DNA of 64,000 nt, taken from the NCBI GenBank assembly GCA_013239625.1, contig MU053933.1:1614001-1678000 (forward strand), written 5' to 3'. Below, one piece after another: positions 59,601-64,000 of this stretch (positions are counted from its first letter, which is position 1; every line of letters begins with the position of its first letter). The notes below the pieces were generated by a model. The model had not been told where the DNA came from and did no database searches. It was given only the letters and a program-made list of their open reading frames with translations. The position numbers and the translations under genes were made by a program. The DNA is from Lama guanicoe (lineage: Eukaryota).

Positions 59601-62600
59601 GCCATCGAGCACCCAGGAGTGTCGGTGCATCTGGACCACTGAGGACTGGCCTCTGGAGCTCTCTGGCCTGGGAGCCCCGGGCCTGAGACCTCGCAGGCCA
59701 GCCTGCCAGGGCGAGGTCTGACGTGACACGTTACGGCCTCAGGCCCAGGGCAGTGGGACCCGGGGATCAGCTCCTCCTCCGCCCTGGCCTCCGTCTCCCA
59801 CCTCTGCGTTTGCTCTGCCCTGAGCCTCCCTGCGCAGTCCCAGCAGGGCCGGCAGAGACTCGGGATGTGGCGACAGTGGCCTCCTGTGGGCCAGGCCGCC
59901 CTCTGCCTGCCTCCTCTAGGACAGGAGGGGGCCTGGGGGGACGTTACGTGCCTCGGTCGGCCCTGGCCATTGGCACGTAAATCCAAAGTTGCGGGAGCTG
60001 TTTGTGCGGCATCGACCCGCATCGTGGGGTCCCACGCGTGTGGTGTGAAAGTTCCAGCTCCTGTCAGAGCCCCCGTGGGCCACGCGAGCCCACTGCCTTG
60101 CTGCCTGTCCGGCTGCTGCCGACCTGGCCTGTTTCCCTCCTCAGACAAACTGAGCAGCTGCTGGAGCTGCTGACCACGGAGATCCTGCACCCTGACAGCC
60201 AGGCCCCCAGTGGGGTGCGGAGCCACTTCATCGAGATCTTCCTGGAGGAGCTGGCCAGAGCTGGTGCCCACGAGGTAGGGCCGGGGCGAGGGCGGCAGCC
60301 TAGCACCCCCACCACCCCCACACTGGCGCCTGTGGCCCAGGGGCTGAGCGGCTCCCGCCCCTTCCCCGCAGCTGACGGCCGAGCAGAACCTCCGGCTCAT
60401 CGACCCCTTCTGCCGCATCGCCGCCCTCACTCAGGAGTAAGTGTCGCCTCCCTCCCGCCTGCAGCTCCTTCCCAGCACCCTCCAGCGCTGCCTTTGGGAG
60501 CGACTGTTCCCTCCAGGAAGAGAGAGGGCTTGCGTGGTCACGGGGGCCCAGCGGGGCCCCGGGTGGGAGAGGGAGACACGAGGGGTTGGTGTTTCTTCCC
60601 TGGAGGGTCCAGCCTGACCAGCTGCCCTGGTCGCCACGGCCCCTCAGCTCCCTGGTTCTGCATAACATCACTCGAGGCATCTTTGAAACGATCGTGGAGC
60701 AGGCCCCGCTGGCCATCGAGGAGCTCATGAATGAACTGGACGCGCAAGAGGAGGAGGAGGGTGAGGAACAGGACTTGCCGTCCAGGAGGCCACATAAAGG
60801 TGAGGACCACGTGTGTCCGAGATGACACCCCCGTCCGGGTCCGAGCCTGCAGCGGCTCTTGCTGGGATCCCTGCCTTTGTCTCCTGTCTCGTCCCCTCGT
60901 TTCTGCCCTTGCAGAAACGTGCACGGGTGACCTTGGAAGCAAGCACACGTGTCGCCCACTCTCCGAACCCCGGCTCTATGGCCTCCTGTGTCCTCGTGAG
61001 GTCCCTACTCCCCAGGCTCGTCTCTGACCCACCAGTCCTGCCCCGGGGCGTCTGCCCTGCCCTGCCCTCCCCTGCAGGGCCCCTGCCCCTCTGGGCGCTT
61101 CCCCAGGGCCTCTCACTTCCTGGCAGAAATCGCTTAAAGTTACATGAACCACTTGTTTATCTTCCTGTCCCTGCTTCCACCACCAGGGCAGGGAGCGCTG
61201 TTGACTGTGTCTGTGCCCTGCCCGGAAGTGGGACTGCTGCATCGGATGGTGATTCTGTTGACTTTTTAGCAGCGTTGTCCTGCCTTCCAGGGTGGCTGCG
61301 TCACTTCACCGCTGCCCCCCGTGTACGGGCCCAGCGTCTCCACGTCCTCACTGACGTTTGTCAGTCTGTTTGAGAGGAGCTGCCCCCACGGGTGTGGAGC
61401 TGTGGCGTGGTTTTGACTTGCACTTTTCGGATGATTTTTGGTGTTGAGCACAGGCTCACGGACCATTCACGGAGAACTGGAGAAATGTGTGTTCAAGTCC
61501 TTTGCCCGTTTTTGAATCAGGTTTTCCCGGTTGAGTTTTAGGAGTTCTTCGATATTCTGGGTGGCGCCCTTCCGCAGGTTTGTGCTTTGCGGACGGCCCT
61601 CCCGCTCCGGGGGCTGCTCTTTGACCCTGCTGATAGTCTGTTGTGATGCACAAAGTAGAAAGTTTTCGTCAGGTCTAGTTTGTCTTACTTTTCCTTGTCG
61701 CCTGTGCCTTCAGTGCCACGTCCAGGAAAATCGTGGTCAGTTCGAGTCTCGTGAAGTTTTTGCCCCGTGTTTTCAGCTGAGTTTTATTGTTTTGGGCCTT
61801 TGATCCATTTTGAGTTAGTTTTGTATGTGGTGGGGGGTCAGGGTCAGCCCCATTCTTCTGCGTGTGGACGTCCAGCGTTCCCAGCCCTGTTTGTTGAAGG
61901 GCCTGTCCTTGCCCCTCCGAGTGGCCCCGTGTCCTGTGGAAGGTCATGTGTCTGTGAGCCGTGGGTTGGCTTCTGCTGCCTCTGACTCTCGTGCCCTTGC
62001 TGGCGTGCCCCTGGGTTTTCTCAGCCGCCCCCACGCCGCACCGGCACTGCCCGGCCACCCGGGGCATCTTTCCTGGCCCTCCCTGACCTCCTTCTCAGTA
62101 GCCAAGTCACCGGTCCAGGCAGCCCCAGGTCCTCGCGGGGCTTGGTGATGGCCCACAGTCCTGCCGTCACCGTTCACTGCCTCCCACCTGTCCCGCTCCG
62201 CTGCCTGTCCGAACCTTCCATGTGCGGGGAGCGACGTCAGAGCCCCAGACGCCTGGCCAGTGTCTGCTTCCTCACCTGCAGCTGCATCTCCTGTCACCCT
62301 GTGGCTGGGCCAGCCCCCCTCTTCTGCACCCTGGACTCCTGCCCCTGTGTTTGCTGCCTGGGCTGCCCACTCACAGTCCCCTCTCGGTTTCACTCCTCGA
62401 GGACTGGTCAGGCCCCCATCTTCCCTGGGATGGCTTTCTCCTCCCCAGGCCTTGGTGCCCCTGCCGTCCACCCACCCAAGCGTGGGCCCCGGCTGGCAAG
62501 GCTCCTGGTTCCCAGGCATTCGTGTTGGGCCCTGTGACCCCTGTGGCACCAGGTATGTCTTTGAGTCCGTGGGCCCCTTTTGTCCTAGGCTCCGTCTGTG

Positions 62601-64000
62601 GGACTGGACCCGACCCGGGTGCGGAGCAGTCGGACGACGACGATGAGGGCAGTGCCGGCTCCGTCCTCCAGGTGGGTGGCCGGGCCTGTGGGCCGGGCGC
62701 TCAGCCCCTGCCCTGTGCTCCCGATGCTGGGAGCTGCTCTTGGGGCACAGTGGGGGTGGCGTCTGTCCGGCTGGGACGCGGAGGAAGGCAGGGGCGCCGG
62801 GCGGCACGTGCTGCGTGGGGGGGTTTCGGGTCCCCGCTGGTAGTCGGAGCTCAGCCGGCGGGGCCTGTAACCAGGTGAGCTGGACATGCAGGGCAGCTCC
62901 CAGTGAGTCCCGGATGTTGACTACTCGTGCGTTAGTAAGGTCTTCAGTGTCTTGGTCAAGTAGTCATTAGGTTGACCTTGCTTGTTTCTTCCTGCTTTTT
63001 TTAACGTGGGTTTTAAGTCACAGGCTCCCCGCGGCCCCGCACGTTCCCACGGGCGTTTGCTGCCTCACGTGCTGCGGACCGTCTGCATCTGTGCGGGGAT
63101 GGCCTGGGGATGGCGGGGCGCGGCCTCGGCACGTGGCTTCCGTGCTCCCTCTGCCGGTTCACGTTCCGGGAGCCCCTGGGAGGTGACTCACCCTTCGCCT
63201 CCACGGCGTCTCTTTGTGAAACAGTTTGACTATGAGGCTGTTGCCAACAGACTGTTTGAAATGGCTAGTCACCAGGACACCCCTCCTCCAAACCGGAAAC
63301 GTCTCTACAAAGTGATCCGAAAGTGAGTGTCCCTGGAGGGGCTGGCGTTGGGGTCGCCCCTCCCTCCCTCCCTGTGGTGGCCCCGCCCTCAGAGCTCAGG
63401 CAGGAAGGGGCTTCCTGAGAGCAGCCGAGGCCAGTGACCGCCTCCCCTTGTTTCAGGTTGCAGGGCCTCGCGGAAGGTGAGCACGGGGCTGCCCGGCTGA
63501 GACAGGACCTCGTCCTCTTGGGAGTGGATGGGGCCACACATTCACCCCCAGAGCGTGGACAAGAGTTTGCAGAGGCTGGTGGTGTTTGTTTGGCGAGAGG
63601 CGGGTGGCTGGCCTCGGGACTCTTGTCCTGATGAAGCTCAGTGGTTTTGGGGGCTGAGTGTGCGTTTGAGGCTCACGTGACAGGGTGGGGCCCGGCCCGA
63701 GAGCCTGCATTTCCGGTGAGTGCCTACAATGTGGCGGTGCTGGGCTGCGGAGCAGCAGACAGCCCCAGTTTGCGGTGTGTGGCTGGTGGACCTGGGAAAG
63801 CGTATTCTGAAAGGCAGTTGCTCATGACATGGTGCTTATGGGGCCATGGAGACAGTGAACATGCGAGCTGTGAGCGTCCCGGCTGCCTTTGGCCTCCTGA
63901 TCACCTGCCTTGGTCCTCAGGCTTCTTCCCTGAAGATGACATCCCAGAGAAAGCCTACAGGTGTGTGCGGGGAGGGCGGCGCGTGAAGATGAAGAGGCGC
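53167..64000 (+). CDS. RRP1: Ribosomal RNA processing protein 1 (Nop52/NNP-1), 3'-partial: join(53167..53299,54508..54590,55870..55927,57399..57484,58971..59032,60145..60274,60372..60436,60648..60799,62589..62671,63225..63322,63457..63476,63921..>64000)
   Basis: Continuous frame across GT-AG introns; Nop52-domain motifs [52 protein letters not shown]; position after CSTB fits RRP1 rather than RRP1B. Confidence 0.96.
53825..54010. mobile_element. MER5A-like hAT-Charlie MITE
   Basis: Imperfect terminal inverted repeats catggttctcaa...tgggaaccactg; cagcatcacctggg..gcagattcttggg core. Confidence 0.75.
54508..54590 (+). CDS. RRP1: RRP1 exon 2
   Basis: acgcag| [28 protein letters not shown] |gtgagt. 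Confidence 0.96.
55501..55592 (-). mobile_element. tRNA-derived SINE (camelid Vic-1-like)
   Basis: tggaggtactggggattgaacccaggaccttgtgcacgctaagcacacactctaccactgagctata. Confidence 0.85.
55870..55927 (+). CDS. RRP1: RRP1 exon 3
   Basis: gcgcag| [19 protein letters not shown] |gtgagt. Confidence 0.96.
56745..57000 (-). mobile_element. MaLR (MLT1A-like) LTR fragment
   Basis: tcctgggcctgcagatgctgcctctccctgtgtcc; tcttaaggacaccagtcagattgga. Confidence 0.65.
57399..57484 (+). CDS. RRP1: RRP1 exon 4
   Basis: ctccag| [29 protein letters not shown] |gtgagg. Confidence 0.96.
58971..59032 (+). CDS. RRP1: RRP1 exon 5
   Basis: ccacag| [20 protein letters not shown] |gtcagt. Confidence 0.95.
60145..60274 (+). 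CDS. RRP1: RRP1 exon 6
   Basis: cctcag| [44 protein letters not shown] |gtaggg. Confidence 0.96.
60372..60436 (+). CDS. RRP1: RRP1 exon 7
   Basis: ccgcag| [21 protein letters not shown] |gtaagt. Confidence 0.96.
60648..60799 (+). CDS. RRP1: RRP1 exon 8
   Basis: cctcag| [51 protein letters not shown] |gtgagg. Confidence 0.93.
61200..62000 (-). mobile_element. Old, GC-shifted L1 fragment in RRP1 intron 8
   Basis: ggagaaatgtgtgttcaagtcctttgcccgttttt and tttgatccattttgagttagttttgtatgtgg are L1 ORF2 antisense hallmarks. Confidence 0.7.
62589..62671 (+). CDS. RRP1: RRP1 exon 9
   Basis: tcctag| [28 protein letters not shown] |gtgggt; phase fits the neighbouring exons. Confidence 0.92.
63225..63322 (+). 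CDS. RRP1: RRP1 exon 10
   Basis: aaacag| [32 protein letters not shown] |gtgagt. Confidence 0.96.
63457..63476 (+). CDS. RRP1: RRP1 exon 11 (20-nt microexon)
   Basis: tttcag| KLQGLAE |gtgagc; needed to keep the frame between exons 10 and 12. Confidence 0.92.
63921..64000 (+). CDS. RRP1: RRP1 exon 12 (truncated by the window end)
   Basis: cctcag| [27 protein letters not shown]... Confidence 0.93.

Noticed and set aside
59297..60430. 377-aa minus-strand ORF (also 28323-29318, 35749-36690, 2335-3219, 61944-62807)
   Set aside because: Pro/Gly/Arg/Ala-rich translations typical of stop-poor GC-rich DNA. They are antisense to real exons or overlap repeats, and I see no recognisable domains.

Overview
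Mammalian, very GC-rich genomic DNA. The tRNA-derived SINE family present suggests a camelid (inference). The gene order matches human 21q22.3. Three spliced protein-coding genes can be reconstructed with canonical GT-AG junctions and continuous reading frames: PDXK (pyridoxal kinase, + strand, 11 coding exons, 2766-24143, 312 aa), CSTB (cystatin/stefin B, - strand, 3 exons, 41477-38141, 98 aa) and RRP1 (Nop52 family, + strand, starts at 53167, truncated in exon 12 at the window end). Each gene starts in a CpG island. The rest is intron and intergenic DNA with ERV and MaLR solo LTRs, L1 fragments, tRNA-derived SINEs, MIR and hAT MITEs. Almost all ORF-track entries are chance ORFs. I found no convincing novel biological system. 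The best second-look items are regulatory or evolutionary: three CRE palindromes spaced exactly 40 bp apart in the RRP1 promoter, a PAR-bZIP D-box next to the PDXK exon 1 donor, a perfect CLEAR palindrome and a dodecamer-like direct repeat in the CSTB promoter, a twin-primed inverted L1, a perfect 68-bp tandem duplication, and a directional AT-to-GC shift in repeats. Repeat family names come from recall of consensus sequences and need RepeatMasker/Dfam confirmation.
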